Notes: generated by a model not told the origin, from the letters alone. 35,275 nt of DNA from Alphaproteobacteria bacterium (GCA_028281075.1 JANQKO010000098.1:1-35275); one strand, 5' to 3'. Shown: positions 1-9,099, counted from the first letter of the stretch. Made by a program: numbers and translations.

Positions 1-145
1 GGCTGCCGGTGACGTTGGGCGGCGGAATGACGATCGTGTAGGGCCTGGCGTCGGGCCGCCGGCCGCATTCGAAGGCGCCGGCGGCTTCCCAGTCGGCGTA
101 GGTCCGCTCCTCGACGTCGCGCGGACGATAGGTCTTGTCCAGCAT
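1..145 (-). CDS. valS: Valine--tRNA ligase, N-terminal part (runs off the window start)
   Basis: Manual minus-strand translation from ATG at 145: MLDKTYRPRDVEERTYADWEAAGAFECGRRPDARPYTIVIPPPNVTGS. PPPNVTGS precedes the HIGH motif of ValRS, and the position downstream of popZ is typical. Not in the ORF track because it is truncated. Confidence 0.93.
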   Translation of the reverse strand, partial: MLDKTYRPRDVEERTYADWEAAGAFECGRRPDARPYTIVIPPPNVTGS

Positions 146-237
146 CGCTGAACCCTTCTTCAAGAAATCGGATGGTGTCGCGTCACCTTGCCGGGAAACG
201 CGGACGGCCGTTCCGGTCGCTGCCGGTTGGGCGGGTG

Positions 238-903
238 CTACGGCTTGTCGGCCCGGCCGGCGATCTTCGAGATTTCTTTCTCGACGAGCCGTTCTACCAA
301 GGCCGGCAGATTGGCGTCCAGCCAGTCTTTCAACATCGGCCGCAGGAGCTCCTTGACCAGCTCCTCCAGCGTGCGGTTGCCGTTGCCCAGTTGCACGCCG
401 CGGGTGGCCGATATCGTGCCGGCGAGCTCGGCCAGTGAACCGGTCGCCGCGGTCGCCTGCGGCGGCGAGACCAGGTCCGCGTCGCTCACCGTTTCGGCCG
501 GCGGTGGCGCCAGCGCCTCGTCCGGCGCGAACGGGTCTTCCTCGGCGGGCGGCACCTCGTCCTCGTCGACGACCTCGGTCAACTCCAGGACATCGTCGTC
601 CTCGTCCTCGGCAAGCTCCGCGACCGGTTCCGGTTCGGGCTCCGGCTCGAGTTCGGGCTCCGGTTCCGGTTCCGGTTCCGGTTCCGGCTCGGGATCAGGT
701 TCGGTGGCGAGCTCCGGTTCGGGCTCCGGCTCGGGCGCGGGCTCCGGCTCGGCCGCCGCGGCTTCCGGCTCGGTCGCTTCCTGATCCTCCCCCTCCCCCT
801 CCTTGTCGTCCTCGGAGATGATCCGACGGATCGACGCCAGGATTTCCTCCATGGTCGGTTCCTGTTGGGAGTCAGGATCCTGCTGCGCTTCTTGCTCGCT
901 CAT
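238..903 (-). CDS. popZ: Polar organizing protein PopZ (DUF2497 family)
   Basis: N-terminal helix [18 protein letters not shown], a long acidic Pro/Glu-rich linker, and C-terminal [34 protein letters not shown]. Lies between tolC and valS. ATG at 903 chosen over the upstream GTG at 924. Confidence 0.92.
   Translation of the reverse strand: MSEQEAQQDPDSQQEPTMEEILASIRRIISEDDKEGEGEDQEATEPEAAAAEPEPAPEPEPEPELATEPDPEPEPEPEPEPEPELEPEPEPEPVAELAEDEDDDVLELTEVVDEDEVPPAEEDPFAPDEALAPPPAETVSDADLVSPPQATAATGSLAELAGTISATRGVQLGNGNRTLEELVKELLRPMLKDWLDANLPALVERLVEKEISKIAGRADKP
620..752. repeat. Degenerate hexamer tandem repeat encoding the (Glu-Pro)n linker of PopZ
   Basis: Runs of ccggtt/ccggct/cgggct units, e.g. 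ccggttccggttccggttccggttccggct around 660-690; the antisense frame reads (GS)n. Confidence 0.85.
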
Positions 904-948
904 TACCAACCCTTGGACCGGCACTGCTGATGCGCCGCCCTGACCTGC

Positions 949-983
949 ATGGTTAACGAAGGTATACTTTCAAAACCATTAAC
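949..983 (-). promoter_or_regulatory. Putative CtrA half-sites upstream of popZ
   Basis: Minus strand reads TTAACCAT at 949-956, the known CtrA 8-mer. A second TTAAC occurs at 979-983 (plus strand) in an AT-rich patch in the tolC-popZ gap. Confidence 0.5.
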
Positions 984-1016
984 AAGCCAGATCGTCGCGA
1001 GGCCGCCGATCCGCGA

Positions 1017-2372
1017 TCATTCCGGCACGTCGGTCCCGAACCACTTGTTCCGGACCTCGTTCGCATGCCGGTTCGGGTCATGGAGCTCGACCGGCAACTC
1101 CAGTCTCCGGGCCGACAACTGGCCCATGGCCGCGATCAGACTGTAGGCGGCGACGTATTCGTCGCGCTCCGCGATGACCAGGTTGACCTGCGCGTCGAGC
1201 AACTCCTGCTCGGCGTCGAGCACGTCCAGCACCGTCCGGGCACCGACTTCCGACTCCTGCTGCACACCCTCGAGCGCGATCTCGTTCGCCCGCACCTCCT
1301 CGCGGAACGCCTCGATCTGCGAGGTCGCCGATTCCAGGACCTCCCAGGCCGAGGTTACGTCCTCGGTCACGCCGCGGCGCGACTGCTCGATCTCGACCCG
1401 CCGCTGGCTGCGCAGTTCCTTCGCCCGCCGGACGTCGCTGTAGACCGAGCCGGACTGGTAGAGCGGTACCGTGACCTGCGCCGTGACCGACTCGCTGCGA
1501 AAGCCGATATCCTCGGTCGAGGACTCGTCCGACCGGTCGACACGGCCGACCAGGCTGACCGACGGCAGCAGGCCGCCGACCGCGACCCGCACCGAATGCT
1601 TCGCCGCGTCCTCGTTACGCAACGCGGTCTCCAACTCGGGATTCTCGGTCAGGGCCAGGCTCAGCGCGTCCTGGACCGATCGCGGCATCTCCGGCAGCGG
1701 CGGCGCGGGCTGCAGGTCGCCGGGCGGCCGGCCGACGAAGTTCTCATAGTTGGCCGAGCTGGTGCCGAGGTCGCTCTCGGCGGCGATGCGGCCGGAAACC
1801 GCGCGCGACAGGCGCGCCTCGGCCTGGGCCACGTCGGTCCGGGTCACCTCGCCGACCTCGAACCGGTCCTGCGTCGCCTCGAGCTGGCGCTCCAGGACCC
1901 GCTGGTTGTTGGTGGTGAGCTGCACCCGGGCCTGATCCCGCAGCACGTTCATATAGGCGGTGATGGTGCCGAGCAGCACGTCCTGCTCGGTCGTGCGCAG
2001 GAAGGCCCGGTCGGCCAGAACCTCGCTTTCGGCCTGCCGGGTGCCGTAGACCGTGCGGCCGCCGCGATAGATCGGCTGCGTGAGCTGCAGCGATCCCGAC
2101 AGCGGCGTCAGGTCCTGCTCCTCGCGGTTGTCGGTCTTCGCCCGCTCCAGTCCGGCGGAGCCCGTGACCGTGACGGTCGGGCGCCAGCCCGACAGCGCCC
2201 GCGGCACGTTCTCGTCGGTCTGCCGCAGCAGCGCCCGGGCCCGGTTCAGCGTCGGGTTGGCCTGGTAGGCCTCGGTCAGGGCGTCGATCATCGACTCCGC
2301 GTGGACGGGCGTCGCGCCCAGGACAGCGCAGAGGCCGACAACGGCGGTTGTGGCAAGCAGACGTCTCTTCAA
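1017..2372 (-). CDS. tolC: TolC-family outer membrane efflux / type I secretion channel
   Basis: Signal peptide (KRRLLATTAVVGLCAVLGATPVHA) and two OEP repeats (RFEVGEVTRTDVAQAEARL; VGARTVLDVLDAEQEL). Likely TTG start at 2372 preceded by AGGAG. Confidence 0.92.
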   Translation of the reverse strand: MKRRLLATTAVVGLCAVLGATPVHAESMIDALTEAYQANPTLNRARALLRQTDENVPRALSGWRPTVTVTGSAGLERAKTDNREEQDLTPLSGSLQLTQPIYRGGRTVYGTRQAESEVLADRAFLRTTEQDVLLGTITAYMNVLRDQARVQLTTNNQRVLERQLEATQDRFEVGEVTRTDVAQAEARLSRAVSGRIAAESDLGTSSANYENFVGRPPGDLQPAPPLPEMPRSVQDALSLALTENPELETALRNEDAAKHSVRVAVGGLLPSVSLVGRVDRSDESSTEDIGFRSESVTAQVTVPLYQSGSVYSDVRRAKELRSQRRVEIEQSRRGVTEDVTSAWEVLESATSQIEAFREEVRANEIALEGVQQESEVGARTVLDVLDAEQELLDAQVNLVIAERDEYVAAYSLIAAMGQLSARRLELPVELHDPNRHANEVRNKWFGTDVPE

Positions 2373-2447
2373 GGAACTCTCCTGCGCTGGCCGGGTGGAG
2401 GAGCGGGCCGGCAACGTGATTCTCGACAGGACTCTTGGAACCGCATC

Positions 2448-2786
2448 CTAGTACAGCGACAATGTCGGGTCGATGTCCCGCGCCCAGGCATCGATCCCAC
2501 CGCCAAGGTTGATCGCCGCAATGCCCGACTGCCGGAGCCATTGCGTGACCTGCATGCTGCGCATGCCGTGATGGCAAAGCACGACCAGCGGCGACCCGGT
2601 CGGCAGTTCGCCGACGCGGCCGGGCAGCTCGCCCATCGGAATATGCAGGCTGCCCTCGATCCGGCAGATCTCCCACTCCCAGCCTTCCCGCACGTCCAGC
2701 AGGCCGAACGGCGTGCCGTCCCGGCGCATCCGGTCCACGGCGGCGGCGTCGAGTTCGAGCGGCAGCGTGTCGCCGTCGGCGGTCAT
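2448..2786 (-). CDS. Single-domain rhodanese-like sulfurtransferase
   Basis: LLDVREGWE, active-site loop CHHGMRS, and NLGGGIDAW. Confidence 0.9.
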   Translation of the reverse strand: MTADGDTLPLELDAAAVDRMRRDGTPFGLLDVREGWEWEICRIEGSLHIPMGELPGRVGELPTGSPLVVLCHHGMRSMQVTQWLRQSGIAAINLGGGIDAWARDIDPTLSLY

Positions 2787-2801
2787 GTCGTCGGCCCCCG
2801 G

Positions 2802-3473
2802 CTAGAACGTGAAACCCGGCTCGGCCTCGAAGCCGGGCAGAAGCTTGACATGGGCGTCGAAACACGGGCGCCCGTCGACGACGTCGCCGTGACGCCGGTA
2901 GACCCAGGCCTGGCCGGTGCCGTCCGCCTGCCGCACCACGACCAGCCGGCCGTCGTCGGCGAGCTGCTGCTTCAGACCGTCGGGGAGACGCTCGACCGCC
3001 CCGTTCATGAAAATCACGTCATAGGGGCCCTGGTCGGGCAGCCCGTCGGCCAGCACGCCGGTCACGACGCCGGCATTGTCGACGTCGAGCTGGTTCAGCA
3101 TTTCGTTGGCCTTGTCGGCCAGCGCAGGGTCGCTCTCCAACGCGACCACGCTGCCGGCCAACCGCGCCAGCACGGCCGTGGAGTAGCCCGTGGCGCAGCC
3201 GATATCGAGCACCACGTCCTGGTCCGACAGCGCCGCTTCCTGCAGCAGGCGCGCGAAGATCATCGGCTCCAGCAGGTAGCGGCCATCGCCGACCGGAATG
3301 TCCTCGTCGACATAGGCGACGCCGCGCAGGTTCTTCGGCACGAAGGGCTCGCGCGCGACGGCCAGCAGCGCGTCGGTCACACGCTCGTCCGTCACCTTGT
3401 TGGGCAGGATCTGCCCGTTGACCATGCTGACGCGGCGGCTGTCGGTATCGATCATGATCTGCTCGCGCTCCAT
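2802..3473 (-). CDS. pcm: Protein-L-isoaspartate O-methyltransferase
   Basis: MVNGQILPNKVTD, REPFVP, SAM-binding motif VLDIGCATGYSTAVLA, and GPYDVI. Confidence 0.92.
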   Translation of the reverse strand: MEREQIMIDTDSRRVSMVNGQILPNKVTDERVTDALLAVAREPFVPKNLRGVAYVDEDIPVGDGRYLLEPMIFARLLQEAALSDQDVVLDIGCATGYSTAVLARLAGSVVALESDPALADKANEMLNQLDVDNAGVVTGVLADGLPDQGPYDVIFMNGAVERLPDGLKQQLADDGRLVVVRQADGTGQAWVYRRHGDVVDGRPCFDAHVKLLPGFEAEPGFTF

Positions 3474-3487
3474 TCAACGGCGCAAGT

Positions 3488-3516
3488 CTTATATGGCCAG
3501 CGCGCCGCCAAGACAA
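3488..3516 (-). promoter_or_regulatory. Putative sigma70 promoter of the pcm-rhodanese-tolC unit
   Basis: Minus strand TTGTCT (3516-3511) - 17 nt - TATAAG (3493-3488), just upstream of pcm. Confidence 0.45.
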
Positions 3517-3558
3517 CGCCCCGCGCCGCCGGTTCGCCGCCGGCCCGCGATTGGCGCA

Positions 3559-3588
3559 TTGACCCGGACCCGGACGGCGGATTAAGTA
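3559..3588 (+). promoter_or_regulatory. Putative sigma70 promoter of tRNA-Cys
   Basis: TTGACC at 3559-3564, then 17 nt to an AT-rich TTAAGTA (3582-3588), about 40 nt before the tRNA. Confidence 0.45.
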
Positions 3589-3626
3589 CAGGGCCGCCGG
3601 GACGCGCCTGTTCCGGCAATTTCTCC

Positions 3627-3700
3627 GGCGCGGTGGCGGAGTGGTTACGCAGAGGACTGCAAATCCTTTTACACCGGTTCGATTCCGGTCCGCGCCTCCA
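3627..3700 (+). tRNA. tRNA-Cys (GCA)
   Basis: 74 nt. Acceptor stem GGCGCGG/CCGCGCC, anticodon arm GAGGA-CTGCAAA-TCCTT, T arm ACCGG-TTCGATT-CCGGT, U73 discriminator and encoded CCA. Confidence 0.97.
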
Positions 3701-3704
3701 ACCT
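3653..3704 (+). repeat. attL core: 52-bp direct repeat (3' part of tRNA-Cys)
   Basis: AGGACTGCAAATCCTTTTACACCGGTTCGATTCCGGTCCGCGCCTCCAACCT is identical to 9238-9289. Confidence 0.95.
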
Positions 3705-4925
3705 ATTTCTTCTTTAGTTTCAATGATTTATTGGCCGGTTGCCGATTTTGGCTTCCGGCTTTTTCAGCGGTCCTGTGTAATTTGTGTGTAATCGTGTCAG
3801 GAATTTCGGGCATTTTGCGCCCTAATTTGCCGGCGGCGGCGTTGACGTGCGGCGCATGCAGATTGACGTAGCGCATCACCATATCGAGCGTGCGATGCCC
3901 GGAGATTTTCTTGACCGTGGCGACGTCGACGCCTTCCTGTACCAGATTGGTGATGGCGGTCCGCCGGCAGGTATGCGGCGTGACCTGTTTGGGGTCGAGC
4001 CCGGCACGCTCGGCGATCCTGGCGAACGGCCGGTTGAAATTGACCTGATGACCGTTGCGACTGCGCTCGCTCGGAAACAGCCAGCCGTTGGTGTCGTCGC
4101 GCATTTCCCGTTCGCGGGCCAGCACGTCCAGTAGCTCTTGCGGCACGGGCTGCCAGCGAGCGCCGGCTTTGGCGTTGGGTATGAAGATGCGCAAGTTGGC
4201 CGCGTCGATGTGTTCAAACCGCATGGCGACGATTTCAGATGACCGGCAGCTAGTCGACAGTGCGACAAGGACAAACAGCCAAGCGTCGGGTGACTGGTCG
4301 CCGATGGCGGCCTGCAACAGCGCGTCGCATTCGCTGTCACTGAGCGCGCGCATATTGGTTTCCGGTTCGTCATACATGGAGATATGCGGCAGGCGCTTGA
4401 GCCCGCCTTGCGGCAAGCCGTGCTTGAACATGTGTCGCAGCGTCGCCAGTTGACGGTAGCCGGCGCTAAGCCGAGATCGCGGCGCTCGCTCTTGTAGCGC
4501 TGGATATCAAGCTCGCTGATCCGATCCACACGCTTGTTGTTGAAGTGCGGCACCAGCGCCATTTTCAGATGCCGTCGCTTGATCGCAAGGTTCTTGCCGC
4601 CGGAGCCTTCAAGGTCCGAGATGTAGCGTGCGGCGGCTTCCTTGAACTTCCAATGCGTCTTGCGCTTGCGCGACAGGTCGAGCCGTTCGGTTCGGGCGTC
4701 TGTGCGAAGCTTTTCGACCAGCGTTTCGCAGGTGGTTCGGGTGGTGCCTTCCGACGCCCGGCCAACGGTGCGGTGTATGCGCTGCCCGTCGATCATTAGG
4801 GAAACGTAAAAGCGGACGTCGCCGTCAGTAAGCTTCTGGGCTTTGATGCCGGCTTCGGTTATCTGCTGGCCCGGCTTGAGGCCGCGAATGGCGGCACGCG
4901 TTAAGCGCTAGAACTTTCTGGCCAT
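3703..4925 (-). pseudogene. Tyrosine recombinase / phage integrase, inactivated by a nonsense codon and a frameshift
   Basis: ATG at 4925 gives MARKF* (TAG at 4910-4908), then continues in frame RLTRAAIRGLKPGQQITEAG...APATVN. A frameshift near 4448 leads to LATLRHMFK...SCRSSEI...AKAG...HTCRRT...SGHRT...MRY, with the R-K-HxxR-H-Y catalytic residues intact. The stop overlaps attL. Confidence 0.9.
3772..3792 (+). promoter_or_regulatory. Candidate integrase arm-type sites (left arm)
   Basis: TGTGTAAT at 3774 and 3785 (11-bp period); the same motif recurs near attR. Confidence 0.6.
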
Positions 4926-4927
4926 CG

Positions 4928-5165
4928 CTATTTTTTGTCATCCGGCACCGGCCCGAGCAACCCACTTCCGGGCATCGGCGTACCGCCGAAGCCTAGGCCA
5001 GACGGAAAGAGGAAATTTGGGTTCGTTGGGTCGTTGGATCGCGGCTCGGGCGTGAGTAGGCTATCCAGGATGACGGCCGCAATGTCGTCATAAATGGATG
5101 TCGGGTTTTCGGTGTCGGCATCACGCAACATCCCGAGCGTTGCCATTGCGGCCACCGTGCCAGCA
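4928..5165 (-). pseudogene. Probable 3' remnant of an unknown gene immediately upstream of the integrase
   Basis: ORF ...AAMATLGMLRDADTENPTSIYDDIAAVILDSLL...DDKK* stops 2 nt before the integrase ATG. Its 5' part runs into IS3 transposase sequence on the opposite strand. Confidence 0.35.
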
Positions 5166-5953
5166 TACCACCGGCTGCTTGGGGTCTCCACCAGTGGCTA
5201 TTACGCGTGGCGTCATCATCGCCCGAGCCGGCGGACGCTCGACGACACGGCGCTGGAACAGCGGATCCGGGAGATCCACGCCATGTCCTATGGCACCTAT
5301 GGCGCGCCGCGCATCCATGCCGAGCTACGCGAGGCCGGCATACAGGCCGCCCGCAAGCGCGTCGCCCGACTGATGCGCCGGGCCGGCCTTGCCGGCGTTA
5401 GCCGGCGCAAACGGATCAAGACGACCCTGCGCGACAAGCGGGCGCGTCCGGCGCCAGACCTGGTCACACGGAACTTCTCGGCCGACGCCGCGGACAGCCT
5501 GTGGGTCGCCGACATCACCTATGTGCCGACCCGAGCCGGTTTCCTCTACCTCGCGGTTGTCCTCGATGCCTTCAGTCGACGTATCGTCGGCTGGGCGATG
5601 GCGACCCATCTGCGCGCCGAGCTGGTGCTGGAAGCCCTCGACATGGCCCTGGCGCGGCGCCGGCCCGAGGCCGTCATCCACCACTCCGATCAGGGCGCCC
5701 AGTACACCTCCATCGCCTTCGGCCAGCGCTACAAGGCGATGGGCGTCCGTCCTTCCATGGGATCGGTCGGCGATGCGTATGATAACGCCATGGCCGAAAG
5801 CTTCTTCGCAACACTGGAATGCGAACTGATCGACCGGCACCGCTTCCGCGATCAAGCCGAGGCACGGCAGGCGGTCTTCCACTTCATCGAAGGCTGGTAC
5901 AATTGAACCGCGCCGGGTTTGCCGGAGGCTTCAAACCTTGAGAGGTTGGAGCC

Positions 5954-6271
5954 ATGACGACACGCTACTCCCCGGAAGTTCAGGCGCGGGCTGTCCGCCT
6001 GGTTATGGAGCATGAGGCGGACTACCCGTCTCAGTGGGCAGCGATTGAATCGATCGCCGAGAAGATCGCGTGCACGGCCGAGACGCTGCGCCGTTGGGTG
6101 CGGCGCGCGGCGCGGGATGCTGGCCAGCGAGCCGGTCCTACGACGGATCAGCTCGCACGGCTGAAGGCGCTGGAGCCCGAGAACCGCGAGCTTCGGCAGG
6201 CGAACGAGATCCTGCGTAAGGCGAGCGCATATTTTGCTCAGGCGGAGCTCGACCGCCGGTTCAAGCCATGA
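5954..6271 (+). CDS. IS3-family transposase OrfA
   Basis: [14 protein letters not shown]...[18 protein letters not shown] (HTH) and [27 protein letters not shown] overlap with orfB; a TTTT run near 6232 is a candidate -1 frameshift site. Confidence 0.93.
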   Translation: MTTRYSPEVQARAVRLVMEHEADYPSQWAAIESIAEKIACTAETLRRWVRRAARDAGQRAGPTTDQLARLKALEPENRELRQANEILRKASAYFAQAELDRRFKP

Positions 6272-7173
6272 TCGCCTTCATTGACGATCATCGTGGAGAC
6301 TACAGGGTCGAGCCGATCTGCCGCGTGCTGCTGATCGCCCCGTCCACCTACTATGCCCACATCGCCCAGCAGGCCGACCCGTCATTGCTCTCTGACAGAG
6401 CCAAGCGGGACGCCGGGCTGAAGCCCGAGATCGAACGGGTCTGGCGAGAGAACTTCGAAGTCTACGGCGTACGCAAGGTGTGGCGCCAGCTGAATCGTGA
6501 AGGGATCGACGTCGCCCGATGCACGGTCGCGCGGCTGATGAACGATCTGGGCTTGGCCGGGGCCGTGCGCGGCAAGCCTGTGAAGACGACCAGGATCGAC
6601 CCGGCTGCGTCCTGCCCGGAAGATCGGGTGAACCGCCAGTTCCAGGCCGAGAGGCCGAACGCGCTCTGGCTCTCCGACTTCACCTATGTCGCCACCTGGG
6701 CAGGCTTCGTCTACGTCGCCTTCGTTATCGACGCCTATGCGCGGCGGATCGTCGGCTGGCGGGTATCCTGGTCCATGGAGACCGGCTTCGTGCTGGATGC
6801 GCTGGAGCAGGCCCTCTACGACCGGCGCCCCGCCGAGGGCGACGGCCTCATCCACCACAGCGACCGCGGCGTCCAGTACATCTCGATCAAGTACACCGAG
6901 CGCCTGGCCGAGGCCGGGATCGAGCCCTCGGTCGGCAGCGTCGGCGACAGCTACGACAACGCGCTGGCGGAAAGCGTGATCGGGCTCTTCAAGACGGAAG
7001 TCATTCGCCGCAGGGGGCCATGGCGCAATCTCGACGCCGTCGAGTTCGCCACGCTCGAATGGGTCGACTGGTTCAATAACCGACGCCTGCTCGAGCCGAT
7101 TGGAAACATCCCGCCCGCAGAGGCCGAAACACGCTACTATGCCCTATCCCGTGAGGACGCCATCGCCGCTTGA
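6268..7173 (+). CDS. IS3-family transposase OrfB (DDE integrase core)
   Basis: [17 protein letters not shown] and [15 protein letters not shown] form the DDE triad. Confidence 0.95.
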   Translation: MIAFIDDHRGDYRVEPICRVLLIAPSTYYAHIAQQADPSLLSDRAKRDAGLKPEIERVWRENFEVYGVRKVWRQLNREGIDVARCTVARLMNDLGLAGAVRGKPVKTTRIDPAASCPEDRVNRQFQAERPNALWLSDFTYVATWAGFVYVAFVIDAYARRIVGWRVSWSMETGFVLDALEQALYDRRPAEGDGLIHHSDRGVQYISIKYTERLAEAGIEPSVGSVGDSYDNALAESVIGLFKTEVIRRRGPWRNLDAVEFATLEWVDWFNNRRLLEPIGNIPPAEAETRYYALSREDAIAA

Positions 7174-7344
7174 CTCACACAAACCTGCCTCCGGCAAACC
7201 CGGCGCGGTTCAAAATTCTCGCCGAAGGCACTCGGCCATTGGCTATCTGTCACCAATCAACTACGAAAGGAAGAGCATCCCCCTTTGCGCAAATCCGTAA
7301 CCGTCCACGAAAGTGGGGCAACTCCAATCATTCAATGTGTACGC

Positions 7345-7809
7345 CTATTTCTTTTGGAGACAGGCTGCCTTTAGCATGGCATATGATTGATTGGCATCGG
7401 AGTATTTGTCGGAGCTGGAGCCCGATGCATCGATGGATTCTCTTATTATACCAGTAATTATGGTAATGCTGTCTTCATTCCAGTTCGCTATGACATTAGA
7501 TTCCAATATCAAAATTCTGGAAATGGTGGAAGTTTTGCTCGCAAAGGTCATGCGGCCGCAAGGATTATTTGCTGCGACTTGAACACTCAATGCGGCAAAT
7601 TTGGAAACAAGGTCGTCAAGCAAGTTATCTAGCTTGGATACGCGCGTGGACGGCTTTGTGTAGCTGATGAAGGCGAAACTGATCTCCGTACCCGGTTCCG
7701 CTTGCCAGTGAACAATTCCCCATACGAGCAGCATCAAAAGCAGAAAGCCCACGATCCCGAGGCGGCCAAATTCACTAACGACGTCCCAAAGAGTTTTTTG
7801 TCCATCCAT
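7345..7809 (-). CDS. Hypothetical protein with an N-terminal membrane anchor (island cargo)
   Basis: 154-aa low-GC ORF, GAGGG before the ATG, hydrophobic segment LGIVGFLLLMLLVWGIV. No family recognised. Confidence 0.6.
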   Translation of the reverse strand: MDGQKTLWDVVSEFGRLGIVGFLLLMLLVWGIVHWQAEPGTEISFAFISYTKPSTRVSKLDNLLDDLVSKFAALSVQVAANNPCGRMTFASKTSTISRILILESNVIANWNEDSITIITGIIRESIDASGSSSDKYSDANQSYAMLKAACLQKK

Positions 7810-8023
7810 GACGCCCTCGCATTTGTCGTTATCATCGGACGTCTCTCAATTTAGCCGTGAAGCAGTTAAGCGCCTAGTTGCCGGAATTGCGATGAAGTGG
7901 CGGTGTCCGTCCGTTCTGGACCTTCAACCTTTATGACATCTGTCCGATAGCCCTATTCTATCTCGACTGCCTTCTTATGAAGTTGGGGGTGCCGAGTGGA
8001 CAGGGACGAGAGTTTGGTGCTGT

Positions 8024-8220
8024 GTAAGCGTCGCGGGCAGGCCACGTTGTCAGTTGCTTGACGACAGTCACGCAGCCTTGTCGACGGCCCTTACGAAGTT
8101 CCAGGGTCACACCATCGACCGCATCGATGAGCCACTGCCCTGGAACTTCGCTGCAAATAGGGAACTCGCCCCGTAGCTCGCCTCAATAGCCCAGCGCCGT
8201 GGTCAACTCGCGACGCTTAC
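8024..8220 (+). mobile_element. 197-bp internally deleted IS66-family derivative (MITE-like)
   Basis: Ends GTAAGCGTCGCGGGCAGGCCACG and, reverse-complemented, GTAAGCGTCGCGAGTTGACCACG (19/23 match; GTAA start typical of IS66). Internal frame 8105-8176 reads GHTIDRIDEPLPWNF, resembling the IS66 TnpC C-terminus. Confidence 0.8.
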
Positions 8221-8289
8221 TCTGAAGCTAAATGCAGACGGTTTGAATAACGCGCCGCGAAGCCCCAGAATATCGCAACTGCTGAGAGT

Positions 8290-9012
8290 GTGATAGCCCA
8301 CTTAATGTTCCCTTATAATGAGAAAATGAGGCATGCTTTGACGCAAAAAGCAAAAGTCGCTGAGAACTCACAAAATTCGCCTACTCTCGATTTTTTAAAA
8401 AATCATTCGGCGCTCGCGGCAACTATAGGATATCTCTATCTGACCTTTATTGGAATGACACAGTCCTGGATGTTGTATTTTCAGTACCGTATCAACATTT
8501 TTGAGTTTTCGGAACTCAATGACTTTCTTCTAGCAGCCTTCCGTGATCCATTAGGTTGGCTGGCTGTCGCCATGTTTTTAGGGTATTTTGTGCTGGTCGG
8601 GCGACTTCTACCTACTCCACCGCGGCAATCAAAAATTGTTAGATTGTTCAAAATTATTTGCCTACTGGCGTTAGCCTTTCTCCCACTTTATTACAAACCT
8701 GTAATGGGGTTCCGTGCCGAAAGTATTGCATCAAAACCGCAAGTGTCGTTCACCCTCCGGCGTGGAGATCTAGTCATTCAGAATGAAACTCCAGCTAACT
8801 TCTTTCTTATTGGAGCCACGGAAAAGTTCGTGTTTGTATTCGATCGCACATCGGAGCGACCTATCGCTATACCTACTAACAATCTTGTCGCTATAGCTTT
8901 TGCAGAAGGACATTGCGGCGGGGAGTGTTCAAAGGATCGAACCATCAAGGAACGTCTGCGTATTTTCCTTGACCAACCCGCTGACCAGGAATCAGGAAAC
9001 CAAGGGCAGTAG
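8290..9012 (+). CDS. Hypothetical multi-pass membrane protein (island cargo)
   Basis: 240-aa low-GC ORF with about three hydrophobic segments followed by a soluble C-terminal part (FFLIGATEKFVFVFD). The true start may be TTG at 8338. Confidence 0.7.
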   Translation: MIAHLMFPYNEKMRHALTQKAKVAENSQNSPTLDFLKNHSALAATIGYLYLTFIGMTQSWMLYFQYRINIFEFSELNDFLLAAFRDPLGWLAVAMFLGYFVLVGRLLPTPPRQSKIVRLFKIICLLALAFLPLYYKPVMGFRAESIASKPQVSFTLRRGDLVIQNETPANFFLIGATEKFVFVFDRTSERPIAIPTNNLVAIAFAEGHCGGECSKDRTIKERLRIFLDQPADQESGNQGQ

Positions 9013-9099
9013 CGGCGTGCAACCGCATAGGATTGAACCGCTTGCCTACACTGGCACCCTACCGGACAAACCGTATCCATTATCGAGGCTTGGCGCGGG

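Larger units (their letters stand above)
5904..7212 (+). mobile_element. Complete IS3-family element (IS51-like subgroup), 1309 bp
   Basis: Perfect 26-bp terminal inverted repeats TGAACCGCGCCGGGTTTGCCGGAGGC (5904-5929 / 7187-7212), flanked by CAAT / AAAT (imperfect target duplication), with orfA and orfB inside. Confidence 0.96.
5165..7326 (+). mobile_element. Truncated IS3-family element (orfB remnant plus right IR), interrupted by a second IS
   Basis: RLLGVSTSGYYAW...WVADIT...HSDQG...AESFF...EGWYN breaks at 5903 and resumes at 7214 as NSRRRHSAIGYLSPINYE...* (7300). Ends with CCACGAAAGTGGGGCAACTCCA at 7326 (IS3-type CA end). orfA and the left IR are absent; the left boundary is approximate. 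Confidence 0.88.

Noticed and set aside
188..784. Ser/Gly-repeat ORF on the plus strand
   Set aside because: It is the antisense reading of the PopZ (Glu-Pro)n linker.
1065..3791. 908-aa plus-strand ORF, and similar long ORFs at 11546-14215, 20183-22240, 24097-25764, 30329-32857 and 32515-34809
   Set aside because: Antisense shadows of well-supported genes, expected from high-GC codon bias; no recognisable motifs.
3641..3871. ORFs sharing RTANPFTPVRFRSAPPT (also 9211-9528), and ORF 8778-9386
   Set aside because: Translations of the tRNA/att duplication, not proteins.
4908..4910. Programmed TAG readthrough or recoding in the integrase
   Set aside because: A second independent lesion (frameshift) lies in the same gene, other genes here use TAG as a normal stop, and no recoding machinery is visible.
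8021..8028. Extra TGTGTAAG resembling an integrase arm site
   Set aside because: Created by the junction of flanking TGT with the IS66-type end GTAAG; far from either att core.
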